Below, one piece after another: positions 37,601 through 48,137 of a DNA stretch of 64,000 nucleotides. Within the stretch, counting starts at the first letter, position 1. The number at the start of each line of letters is the position of its first letter. The stretch spans positions 44,332,001 through 44,396,000 of the forward strand of contig OZ076409.1 of the NCBI GenBank assembly GCA_964187785.1, read 5' to 3'. The notes beneath the pieces were generated by a model, which saw only the letters and a program-made list of their open reading frames with translations, ran no database searches and was not told the DNA's origin. The translations under genes and the position numbers were made by a program. This DNA is from Amphiscolops sp. MND2022 (lineage: Eukaryota).

Positions 37601-39939
37601 CGAAGACCAAGTCTGCAACTGTTACACAGCCAGACTTCATCTTTGGGCAACTTTGAAAGACCTATGCATTTCAAGTGAAACGAGGCAGGACATCGTTCGC
37701 AGCACAAAAGACTACCTCCTTGAGAACATACAAAACACCAGCTGACATTAATATGAGCATGTGTCTTGTTGTTTTTGACCGGCATAAAGTGTTTACAGCA
37801 GATGATTGAATTAGGAGCAATTATGGCACAACCTGCGGCGAGACACGCGTCAGTTTCTCCACAGTGGTAGGCAACGGGGCACCGAACACAGCGATACATT
37901 TTGCCATGATACACATCCGGAGATTTCCTATTGTGGAAACCACAGCTAGCACAAGCATGTAGAGGACAAATTAGCTCGCCTTGGAAAGACAAACGAGCCA
38001 AAGGAAAGTCACGCAAGCATTCTTCATGGTAAAATTTGCCACAGTACATAATAGCACATGATCGCATGTTGCCGTTGTTTCGACGGCAAACAAAACACGA
38101 GTGTAAGCCAGTGGTGCATTCGTCGCATTTGAATTCACCTTCAGGAACATCGTCTAGCCCTAAGCACCCTAAATGGAAGGCCCCCGAGCAGGTACCTTCA
38201 CAAAGTAATAGTTCCCCTGATGTCTCGCATACTTTGCAGATAAACTCTTTGCGGGCAGCAGGACAACCTGTTATATCTTCATCGTCATCATCCATGTGAC
38301 CTTCTGCATTCGCTTGCTCCAATGCTTCTTCATCGTTGAGAATAGGAATGGGAGAGCGCAAACTAATCTCAGGAATGATCACTAGAGAGTTGTTCTGTGT
38401 TTCGGAGGAGTTGCTACTAGAAGAGACACTGTTCGAAGAAGGCGCTGCTGGGCGACCGCGCTTCGCTGTGCCAGTGGTAGCACTGGGGACATTAATAGGC
38501 GGTGTTTTTCGGCAAGGTGTTTTACTTGGAGACTCAGGTCCCCCGCTGTTTTTATTCGCGTCTTCCGTGCTATTATTTTCCGTCGACGTACCTTTGTACA
38601 CATTAGTGCTCAAAGTGAGAACACATTTCCTCAATGGTCTGGCTCTATTGATCAGAGTTTCTTCGTCACCAGGGTCCGTTTCATCTCCGGAATCTTTTTC
38701 ACCCGGGTTTTCGTATCTCTTCTTATATTTATCTTTGATTTTTTGATCCAAATTTTTCCACTGCAACAGTAGAAAAGCTTCCAAATCATCGTCGTCATAA
38801 TGAGGAAATTTCAGTTTTGCTTTATCCAAATGTCTGCTTTTATAAAGATCAAAAATAGCTTGGATAAAATCAGGGTCATTTTTGAGCTTCTTAGTTGGCG
38901 TGTCACATTTGGGAGCATTCTCGGGGTTGGTTGTACTTTCTCTTTTCCTGACAGGTTCTCTCTTTGGTCTCATGGGTAGAGTTGGGCTAAATAAGGCATC
39001 CGGTATGTGATCTGTTTGTTTGAATTTTAAATACTTGTCTAATCTAATATATTTGTCAACAAGCCTGGCTTCGTTTGCTTCCTTAATGGAGTCCTCCCAC
39101 CACAGCTTCTTGCTTGGTGGCACTTCATTTTTCTCTGACTTGCCACTCTTTTTGCCTTTGGCCTTTACATTCAAATTTGTGGGCAAAGTATCGAACTGTG
39201 AAACGTCTTCATACTTAACCAAATTTTTCCAGTTTATCCAAGCCCTTTCCGGGACAGATCCAAAAAATTGGACATGATACAAACATTTTTTACTAGCGGT
39301 TGACGCGACCTTGAAAAACATGCTCTGTATGGGGTCATTGGTGACCATTGAAGGCCACCAGGGGTACCCTGATACTCTAGCCCAGACCAAATCTCCAGGG
39401 GTGTGCTGTGGTCCCCCGTACTCATCTACTGCTTCATTTTCATTCAGGCCGACCTTTTCATCCAGGATTGACGGGGGAATCACAAAATTTCTATCATCTT
39501 CGTGGTTATTTTCGGTCTCGAGAGATTCATCGTTGATACCAGTTTTACTAGACTCTTCGAATGTTTTGAAGAGATTACCAGATCCTTCAGTGTTGACTTC
39601 TTTCGAGGAGGAACCTTCATTGGAATTAGTGGATTCTTGTGATGTTAGTTGAGGCACTTGAGGTTGATCAACTGGGTTAGATCGCTGTAGCAAGTTCTTT
39701 TTGGGAGGTAAGCTTGATGGCTGGTGTAAGGAAGTACAGCCATTGGAATTCGCAGCCGAAGACTTGAAGCTTTTACTCAACGACGAGTCGGAAGAATTTT
39801 TTGAATCGGCTTCCAAAGCACTCTTCGTCGAATGTCTCGTGGACGGCTGTGAGTGTGCATCTTTGTCTGCGGAGGTTAGATTTGAAGCTTGTTTCTGAGA
39901 TTTGTTTCTTGTTTCGGCGGCAGCAGCAACTGTTGTCAT
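34630..39939 (-). CDS. NSD: NSD-family histone H3K36 methyltransferase, 1769 aa, single uninterrupted ORF
   Basis: Domain order PWWP (VWARVSGYPWWP), HMG-like segment, four PHD fingers, second PWWP (WVKVQNYRWWP), AWS, SET (RFMNHSCDPN, ELTFNY), post-SET (CKCNSPSC), PHD/C5HCH; Ser/Ala-rich tail. Confidence 0.97.
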   Translation of the reverse strand: MTTVAAAAETRNKSQKQASNLTSADKDAHSQPSTRHSTKSALEADSKNSSDSSLSKSFKSSAANSNGCTSLHQPSSLPPKKNLLQRSNPVDQPQVPQLTSQESTNSNEGSSSKEVNTEGSGNLFKTFEESSKTGINDESLETENNHEDDRNFVIPPSILDEKVGLNENEAVDEYGGPQHTPGDLVWARVSGYPWWPSMVTNDPIQSMFFKVASTASKKCLYHVQFFGSVPERAWINWKNLVKYEDVSQFDTLPTNLNVKAKGKKSGKSEKNEVPPSKKLWWEDSIKEANEARLVDKYIRLDKYLKFKQTDHIPDALFSPTLPMRPKREPVRKRESTTNPENAPKCDTPTKKLKNDPDFIQAIFDLYKSRHLDKAKLKFPHYDDDDLEAFLLLQWKNLDQKIKDKYKKRYENPGEKDSGDETDPGDEETLINRARPLRKCVLTLSTNVYKGTSTENNSTEDANKNSGGPESPSKTPCRKTPPINVPSATTGTAKRGRPAAPSSNSVSSSSNSSETQNNSLVIIPEISLRSPIPILNDEEALEQANAEGHMDDDDEDITGCPAARKEFICKVCETSGELLLCEGTCSGAFHLGCLGLDDVPEGEFKCDECTTGLHSCFVCRRNNGNMRSCAIMYCGKFYHEECLRDFPLARLSFQGELICPLHACASCGFHNRKSPDVYHGKMYRCVRCPVAYHCGETDACLAAGCAIIAPNSIICCKHFMPVKNNKTHAHINVSWCFVCSQGGSLLCCERCPASFHLKCIGLSKLPKDEVWLCNSCRLGLRPRYGDILWVKVQNYRWWPAEVIFPRMIPQKSMEEPHQVGEFIVQLFATKEFHWVHIGRTFLFHENDKNFHEPGEKQYPRNFQQALEKASEILIKRKKFAKQSALPVFSDLVGTKATKAADLLKPPELHESENTNDESSVSTNKRDVDSTGLPLLNQPSTPASRSNTPLLAIAGSSPTVPPKPTRKPGVKPRAQGANFFKTSPSHSASPMKRAKGRPKGSGKKQQQQLVAAAAALMAQIPLSDGSIHDSDLTVNHSFDEATQKLASSKDLPFPQPRKSTHHSEVKVLPRKDVKNSAQHNPKITNISPPCSPIKADFECYQQQKVKNMEPLTVLTEPKNQYITEPPAPATYKLVYQNSPYGNVQVYSADITEITPCECKATDADPCGPTSDCWNRLLCVECHPQVCRAGERCSNQRFQKAQYPRFEIVYTSSRGYGLKTKAWIKKGDFVNEYCGDLIDIDECQKRLQFQNDIGDLNFYFCVLDKERIIDAGPKGNFSRFMNHSCDPNCETQKWTVNGDIRVGLFALADISPGTELTFNYNMDCLGNSKLKCKCNSPSCSGYIGMKPLKGASNIDRDRPKKRRHKKEKKENVDICYRCSTTGVASEMISCGRTFCGKFYHKKCLKPEEFQSPQSLNSNILSTANFECPLHVCDICSKVAVYICSQCDHSTCQEHEKGVMYELDDHTFRCKYHYQLLIEKSRPPDRKNNMENMHHSNLSAASSNISSSERNDNSLRSTSPSSASLSHASSGRGGGGGTSSSQKMFLPVPPYQLPASHHAREASPHQHALSSLSTMAPSSLDSSYLQKLSTSFSSHTSSLDHSDQLSLYMNQHSAAAAAADTASRLAAGASTGSIDLEKFAAAAAAAGIIPVTSQLEALTNEAIMGGSGAGSLSSNAQAAAAASIRQMQQQQFLSQHHHNNQHSSTAAATAASSASKVLTGGDSLINAVLDSRRSSSSAANQAASSLAYQSSFSNSLHQNPSSPQDVHFKFNNR

Positions 39940-40607
39940 TTCGCTAGTCTTCCCTCATACTTTGTTAGAACAGCATTAATCACGAAATGAGAAGTTATAT
40001 TGAAAGCATGAAGACACTGAAAAAAAGATCTATTAGAACTACACAAGGATTTCAAGTCATCTGCGCATTTTAGTAGGTATTTGACCTGTTCAAAATGTCA
40101 ATACATGAAATTCGTCTAAATTATCGTTCGGCTAATGTAACCCTTCCAAACAAAAACAAGCCATTAGCCGCGACATCGTTCCTACGTAAAGGCTGTACTG
40201 AAACAGCTATTGCAACGGAAAGAAGGCGTTCGATGCATGCAAATTTCAAATGTTTGGTACAAAATACTCATCTCCAATAAAAGTTTTCGTGGCTTCAATC
40301 AAGGATGACAATTAATTAAGAGTATTTTTTAGAAAAATGGCAGAATTGTCGAAAATGATGCAACGAATATACAAAGCCGGGTTAATTCGACCCTGAGACA
40401 TTTGACTGCAGGTCGATGGAAAAATAGGTTTTGCAAGACACTAGATTGAAAATGGATTACTTCAAAATGCACTATTCGCAGGAAGGTGCAGAAAATTTTC
40501 ATCAACTTTATTACGTGATCAAAAAATGCTGTCAAAAAACAGTTGATTCAAAAATTCACAAACAATATTACTCATTATTCACAAAGCAAAAGCACCAATT
40601 ATTCATA

Positions 40608-43600
40608 TCACATTAAGGAGTAGAAGTCTTTGAGCCAGCATTTCAATTCGTCTGAGAAACCCAAATTGCACTGGTCTAAATAAGGACAATACCTTTTAGA
40701 CTTTCGTTGATCTTGGTTCTCCAAAACAGCCCTTCTTCGTTCATCTACGGTGCCAATCAACCCCAAGAAAGGCATAACTTCTGTGTACTTCGATCTCTTC
40801 AGAGTCGATCCAGTTTGAGAATAAATGTCAGTTAATTCTCGCATACAGCATATATTTTCCAACTGTTCAGTAGATTGCAACTTCTTGCAAAAATGATTTG
40901 ACGACGGGCAATAGAAAAAACACGAGTCTTCCTGAGTTTCTCCCGAGGTAACAGAACATTCAGCGTTTTGGAATAGAGCATGAACTTTCTCCGGATATGC
41001 AAAAGCCAAAGAATCCAATTGAGAGGAATATATTTTTAAATCTACTTCCGTTTTTGTTTCATCGTTTTCATCATCATTATCACAATCATCATGATTGAAT
41101 TTCTCCTGAATTTTACCTCCAATTCTTTCCATAGTGGGAAAAAAGTTCATGCCTTGAGAACCAGGAGTAATGATGTCAGATCCTTGATACATTAAGGCCA
41201 AATTATTGCTGGAACTGAGGGCATGATTTTCTAAGACCAACTGGAGATCAATGATACTTCTATGAAAATTGTTGGATTTCGCAAGGTTTTCTATAATTGA
41301 ATCTTCAATCTGGACACGCCTGGCAATGCAAATACATTGGAGCAAAGTTTGTAATGCTTCGGTTCTGTTGAAGGGCAGCTCAAACAGTTTTGAGGACACT
41401 CTGATGTTGGACAAAACTTGGTTGTTGGCAATAGTCAATACCACTGGTTTGTTGGACATCTGGGCGATTGTGCAAATGGCTTGATGGAAGTTTGAGTCAT
41501 CAATTAACGTAATGTCAGCATCGTCTATCAGAATAATGCTCTTGGCACCGTTGTCAGAGGTAGCCAGTTTTTGGGCAAGCACTCCATCGCGAAGTTGACT
41601 CATCAAAGCTTTCTGGGAACGGCACTGGGCAGAGTTGATTTCAATCACTTTGTAGTTCAAATCAGCAGCCACTGCGCGAACGAAACTCGTCTTTCCAATG
41701 CCTGTCAATGAAACACTTAACAAAATCTATAGAATAATTCCAATTTTTGAATTTTGCAAGAAGTTAAGCTTTACTGAAAGCATTCAAATCTGGGAATATA
41801 AGCTTTGTTACTTGAATGAAAGAGAAGGAAACTATGCCTTCTAATGAAAAATAGCTATAATGACCTTTTAAATGCAGCCTAAGCTTTCAGAGAACGATTA
41901 ATTTGCCACGCGAGAAAAACAGAATGTGAGACTGAACTTTTGTCACGGTATTGTATGAAAAATTACGATTCAGCTTTGCAATAACATCCCAGCTTACGAA
42001 GAAATAATTAGGCATTTCTTTCATACTAAGACATGAACCAAGAAACCTCTAGAGAAAATTGAGAAATCAGACCACACTTTTGGTTTTCTCCAGAGATCAC
42101 TAACAATATCAAGCCGCGTCGAGTAACTGTTTCAAAAGATGTACAAATTATTTAGTGTAATGGGTAACGAACCGCACATTGGGTATTTGGGATACATTCC
42201 ATATTCTAATCGAGTACCGTAGCGTTCTAAAATGTCGCACCTCCATTGCTTAAAATTGAAAATTTGCAAATTTCCAATCCAAATATCTTGAAACTGTCAC
42301 AAATACGAAAAATTGTCAGCTAGGAAAGTTTCTTAGATTTCATCTCGTTTACAAAAATGATTGTTTGAATTTTCTACAAGTAAAATTACAGAAGTTAGAA
42401 ATTGTAAACTTTGACGAAATGTTATCAAATTTGCACTTTTTCTCGATTATTACAAAGTTGAAAAAATATTTTTGAAAAATTTTCCGTTGATGATTTGCCC
42501 CCAAATCTGTTGAGGATGCTGATATGATTTGATTGGAAAAAATGTTAAACAATTCTTACATCCTATCTTAATACATGTAATGCAGTGCTCATGGACACAA
42601 AATATAATGCACTTTTTCTGATTGAAAACGAATTTCAATCAGGACAATTCGTTAGATTCGGGAGATTCTAGGGAATCTCCGAATAATTTCATTTTCCACA
42701 AAAATGAATTTAAGCCTCTCAAATATCGAAAAACTTTTGATTTAAATTTCATATAATTTTCAATTTCCAACTTTCTCATTTTTGTAATTTAGATAAAATT
42801 CCAAAAAACTAGCAATTAATTTTTGAGTGATGGAGTCCGCTCTATCACAAGCTCTTTACTCGAGCTTGGGTCGTGTGCCAGAAAATTTGCATATGCTTGT
42901 ATTCATATAATTCATTAGCAAATGTACAGTACACTGACTTCACTTCTCTCGCGAAACATACGAAGAGGCTTCTCGAAAATCATTAGTTCAAGCTAAAAAC
43001 CACAGCATTATTCAACAAAAAACTTACAAGCCGAAAGATCTCGAAAAGGGGAACTTATAGAGAAACTTCGTGAAATGAAGGTTAGCAGCAGGCAGAATAT
43101 TCAAAATGGGAAAAATTCTTACAGTATCGGTTATTCGAATACAAATAGAAGAATACAAAGCCCCCCAGTTCAGGGCTTATCATTTAGATTCGGTACTCAT
43201 CACACCTTGCAGCAAGGTCAATTTTAAAGTAAGGTCAACATTGTAGTCAATTTTAAATCTAACTGCCTTGAAATGATCACGTAATCACTGAAATATTCTA
43301 TAACTCCAAATTTCTCACCAGAAGGACCAGAGACGACGCCAATACAAGCCGCTTCCGAGCTCAACCACAACTGATCGTCATCTAAGGCTGATCCCTTGCT
43401 TTTGAGACCCTCAATAATCTGATTGGCCGTAACAGAATAAGACACGAGCCAATTTGAAAATTCGTTTGTCAAATCTTCGAGGCCTAATAAGTCTTCACTC
43501 ACCTTGGCACCGAACATATCCAGATATTGTTTATCTGTACAGGCTTTGTACAATAAAAAACGTCGCAGCATCGGTCGTATAGAAAAGGAATAATTCTTAG

Positions 43601-44582
43601 ATTCCAGCTTTTTCACTTCTTGACGAGCCTGATCTTCGTCTATCAAAGTAATCATAACTTTTCCATTTGATTGCAATTCGTCTTCACCATTTATTACCCC
43701 ATTCATGGACTTTATGTTTGGGAACGTCAATATATCACAATTTCCTGCAGGTATCATGTGTGGAGTCTCAAAATGTGTCAACTCCTGCATCCTATTCGGA
43801 TCACTACTTATTATTGATATTTTGGGAAATGGATTTTCTTCGAGCTCGATTATTTGACCAGTTAGGCGATTTATTTCTTTAGCTGTTGTTTGTGCAATTG
43901 ATTTGGGCAAAATTATTGGCCAGTGTTTCAGCATACTGTCCAAGTTACTGTCTACCGGTTCTCTCTTCTCAGCTTTACTAGCAGCTCGCCTTTCATCGAG
44001 ACTTTTGAAAATTGAAGGCACTACTCCACCATTATTTCCAGATGATTTAATTTGCTTAGAGGTAAAACATATACGCTTGGGTTTCTTTTGAAGGATACTT
44101 TCATCATCCACTATGCAAAAAGTTCTGCCAGAAAAAGTATTTTCAGTTCTTTGACGCTTAGGAGACAAATTTTCTTCGCTGGAACTTCTCCTTCTGGAAG
44201 CTCGTTTCCTCAAACGCCTGATTCGGCCCGGGCTTACACCATTGGTTTCATCTTCGCCGTTACTGGACTCATCCGCTGATACGTTATCGGTATCTGACAG
44301 TCGCTGAGGCTCTGGACTGGTTAATACTTCTGCGTTACTTGAGGTATCTTTGAGCTGACAGTTCGCCGATGGACTTTTGATACTATTATTGTTCTTTGAA
44401 TTTTTGCTCAGGTTACTTTCATTCGGACTTCCACTCAATTCATTTTTCTTGGTATTTCTGACTTCAGCCTTTTTCTCGCGAGGGCTTATCGGAAGATCCT
44501 TCAAATCCGATTTCTGTTTTTCGTTTTCCGCAATTTTGCTTTTGCGAGCAGCTTGAGTCATCAACTCGAAAGCGTTTTTCAT
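40608..44582 (-). CDS. ATAD5: ATAD5/Elg1-like RFC AAA+ ATPase (PCNA unloader-like); exons 44582-43319 and 41701-40608 (~785 aa)
   Basis: Splicing at g|gtgag (43318) and gacag| (41702) rebuilds Walker A GPSGIGKT. Followed by KVIEINSA..RS, Walker B IILIDDAD and NKPVVLT, with a disordered basic N-terminus. RFC-like family is secure; the ATAD5 subfamily call is inferred. Confidence 0.8.
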
Positions 44583-45302
44583 CTTCAGAAAGCCATATAA
44601 CTAAAAAACAAATGGTAGAAGCTGTGGGTAAGAAAACTATGTGTGATTCGATATATAGCTCCTTAAAGATGTTGAAAGAAGTCGGTAGTTCCCATAGCGC
44701 CGATTCTTCAAATCGCCAAAAATTTTAAAGCAATTGGCCTGGTTGAAAAATATCACACTCTCATGATTTGATTAAATAAGAAAGAGATAGTTGAATTTCC
44801 GTACTGGAACATCGAAACAATTATGATAAGACAGTAATTCAAGGAAGACAATCTGTAAAAGGAGGAAATTTGATTCGTCGGTAAATCGCAACACATAGCT
44901 TCATCAAGGTTCATGTCAACTTTTAGTATCTGTGAGATATTTTGGTGGGTGTCCGGAAATAACCCTCAAATGGAAAATCTCCAAAAAAAAATTAATTTAT
45001 AACCACTTTCAAATTATTGAAATATTTCAACATGAAAATGTTTTAATATACAACGAATAAGAAGCTTAGTTACTTTTTCTTCTTCTATAGCTTTCACCCT
45101 TCTTCAAAGCGTACGCTCTCCTCTCCTTACTGTGTGCAGGTTCGTCTGTGTCTGGCTAGGTTTGTTGCTGATACTAGGATTTGGCAATTCGGACATGCAG
45201 TGTATTTTGTTCTGTAGGTTCTGGCAGTTGATTCTGTGGGAAAGTTATGGGCTATTTGTTTGAATGAGCGGCATGTTCTGGAGTGTCTTGCAAAGTTGAA
45301 GC

Positions 45303-47866
45303 TTGATATCTCCTTGTTACGAACACTTCAAAAGCTCCATCGATGACGTTAACGATAGTCACTCAAAGGAATTTTGGAAGCGCGTCAATAAGCTTTTGAC
45401 GGACAAGGAAGATGCTGGACTTTCCCAGTTGTTGAAAGAGAACAAATTCCACTTTGCTGAAAAAGACAAAGCAGATACATTTCGTGAAACTTTTTTCACT
45501 GGAAAGCATTTGGAGAAACTCAGCTTCAACGAAGAATTCAAGCTACACGTAGAGAATACTTTACAACAATCCCTACATTCCGAAAGACCCGAATTAGAAA
45601 GTGATAGGTGGTTTAAATGCGACCTCACCTCCGAAGAACTGGACTACATTCTGCGTTTTTTGAAAACATCGGGAAAGTCTCTCGATAACGACAACATCGG
45701 GTGGGCGGAAGTAGATCGAAGGAACGGGATCGGAAATCAGAGTTAGTCCTCAGGTCGACATACCAAATTTTTTGAATGGGATCGAAACAACTCGGATCGA
45801 AACTTTTATAACGTAGTCAGATATGTTCACATACCCCTAAAGCCGTGAATGCAGGAGCGAAGCGAAGCGGTGCGACGTGCCATATGGCCATGCCTCAATG
45901 TTGCTACTTGGCGAAGGGAGCGAAGCGACCGAGCCATACAACAAATACGATAAAAATCGACCGCAATCCATTCGATCGCAATTCGATCGCAATTCGATCA
46001 AAAGGTTCGACCTCTGTCCTTTCGACCAGTAAAATTCGACCTATTTACAGCCACCCGACAACATCCATCCCAAAATGATCAAGTACGCAGGACCCCGATA
46101 TAAAGAAGTCCTACTTCACATTGCAAACAGAACACTGAATGAAAATCACTGGCCGTGGAACCATTCAAAAGTAATATTTCTGAGGAAGCAAGGTAAAACA
46201 GACTACACGAAACCGTCAGCATATCGGCCGACAACAATCTCCAGCTATATCGGAAAAATTGTGGAAAGATTATTGGATGCCAGGTTGAGAAGCTTCTTCA
46301 AAAAATTCAACCTGTTAGACGAAAAGCAGGAAGGCTTCCAGTCCCACAAGAGCACAGTAAGGTCGTTGTATAGGTTGAAAATGGAATGTCAAGAAGTTAG
46401 AATGAGCAGGAAAAGTGGCGCCTTGATATCCATCGACTTTGAGAAGGCCTTCGATTCCGTATGGATCAATGGACTGCTCCAAAAACTCTATCAATCGGGA
46501 GTTAGAGGTAAATTCATTAATCTGATTGAAAGTATTTTGAAAAGCCGACAACTCAGCATAGAAATCGGTAATCTGAGAAGCCAATACTTTGGAGTCAAAG
46601 ATGGACTTCCACAAAGTAGTGTGTTATCACCAATTCTGTTCATTTTTTTTTCGTTTCCCACATGTTCAAAAACCTCAATTGTAAGAAGTTCAAATTCGCT
46701 GACGATGGAAACCTCCTAGTGACAGGATACACTGAAACCCAAGTCTACCTAAACTGTCAAGTTATTCTAAAACAACTGGAACGGTGGTGTAAAAATTGGA
46801 GCCTCGCAGTAAATGGTGACAAGACGTCAAAAATCTACCTCAACACTGAGTACCCGCACGCTGCGACGTTTTTCGGCGAGGCATGTAAGGTCACCAGAAG
46901 CACAAAAATCCTGGGTTTGATTGTGGACGACAAACTGAATTTCAACGAACATCTACAGCAGGTAGAAGGGAAAGTTGCTAAACAGCTGAACATATTTAAA
47001 AAGTTTTCCGGCTCTAATTGGGGTCTAAGGCAAGCAACGCTCATAAAGCTTTACAAAACTCTAGTGCTCCCCCGACTTCTGTACGCGGCCCCTGTGTGGG
47101 CCAGGAAACACGTTCAAGCACTGAGCCGATTTCAATACACTGCGCTCAAACTTATCATAGGTACAAGTACGAAATTCGACCAGTTGGCAGCAGAAATACT
47201 GTGCGGTCTCCCGCCTATGCAATTACAAATTAACATTATCACTATTAAATTTGGAATCAAGCTTTCTCAACAGCAGGACTTATTGTGGAAACTGTATCGG
47301 AAATGTCAATTGCCGGAAATAATAAGCGATAAAAACCTCATTGACGATTTTTATAAAGTCACAGGAAAAATAAATTGTTACACGGTGTCAACTTGCAATG
47401 AGTACCTGAGAAGTAGATGGAACAGAATATTCAAGAACGCGCTCACGACTGGATTGGTCAATCACTCAAATTGAATTGGAAGGGATTGCCTATCCAAAAA
47501 CGACAAGCAGACACCTAGAAAGAACTATCAACAAGCTCCTTTTGCATTGCAACGTAGAACTGGCAGAGTATGCGTACAAAATTTGACGAGCGGAGACTCC
47601 GCTCTGCCCTTGTCGAGTAGAGACAGAATCAGTCATGCACTACTTATTCTTCTGCCCCCTGTACGAGCAGTTTCGTACGCCCGATTCTGCCGCAGGAAAC
47701 ATCTATTCACTTACCTGGACCACGAACATGATAAATTTCATCATAGATTCTGGACGTTTCGAAAGGAGAACAGAAAGGAAGCCACACTTTCAAGAGAGTA
47801 CTCGACTACTAAAGACTCATAATTTCTGAGGCTATGACTAACAGACCTTCAACTTTTACTTTATTT
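45303..47866 (+). mobile_element. 5'-truncated non-LTR retrotransposon (LINE; RT plus C-terminal Cys/His knuckle), frameshifted
   Basis: RT motifs AYRP, QEGF, DFEKAFDSV, GLPQSSVLSP and FADD; C-terminal CPC...ESVMHYLFFCPLY; T-rich short-repeat 3' end. Confidence 0.9.
45699..46056. mobile_element. 358-bp MITE, probably Mutator-like (9-bp TSD), inserted into the LINE ORF
   Basis: Perfect TSD gacaacatc at 45690-45698 and 46057-46065. Imperfect TIRs GGGTGGGCGGAAGTAGATCGAA / GGGTGGCTGTAAATAGGTCGAA. Removal restores KSLDNDNIHPKMIK. Confidence 0.9.
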
Positions 47867-47937
47867 ACTCAGAACTGATACCAAGTGCCTGAAACATAAT
47901 TGTTAGATTAACCCGCAATTTACTGGGTTGTGTAGAT

Positions 47938-48137
47938 NNNNNNNNNNNNNNNNNNNNNNNNNNNNNNNNNNNNNNNNNNNNNNNNNNNNNNNNNNNNNNN
48001 NNNNNNNNNNNNNNNNNNNNNNNNNNNNNNNNNNNNNNNNNNNNNNNNNNNNNNNNNNNNNNNNNNNNNNNNNNNNNNNNNNNNNNNNNNNNNNNNNNNN
48101 NNNNNNNNNNNNNNNNNNNNNNNNNNNNNNNNNNNNN
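47938..48137. other. Assembly gap (200 N)
   Basis: Run of N; adjacency across it is not guaranteed. Confidence 1.

Noticed and set aside
34853..39898. Plus-strand ORFs overlapping NSD
   Set aside because: Antisense shadows of a long coding sequence, with no independent motifs.
42110..42868. Possible TIR pair in the ATAD5 intron (caagc..tcgagtaa / ttactcgagcttg)
   Set aside because: Short, imperfect match without a convincing TSD.
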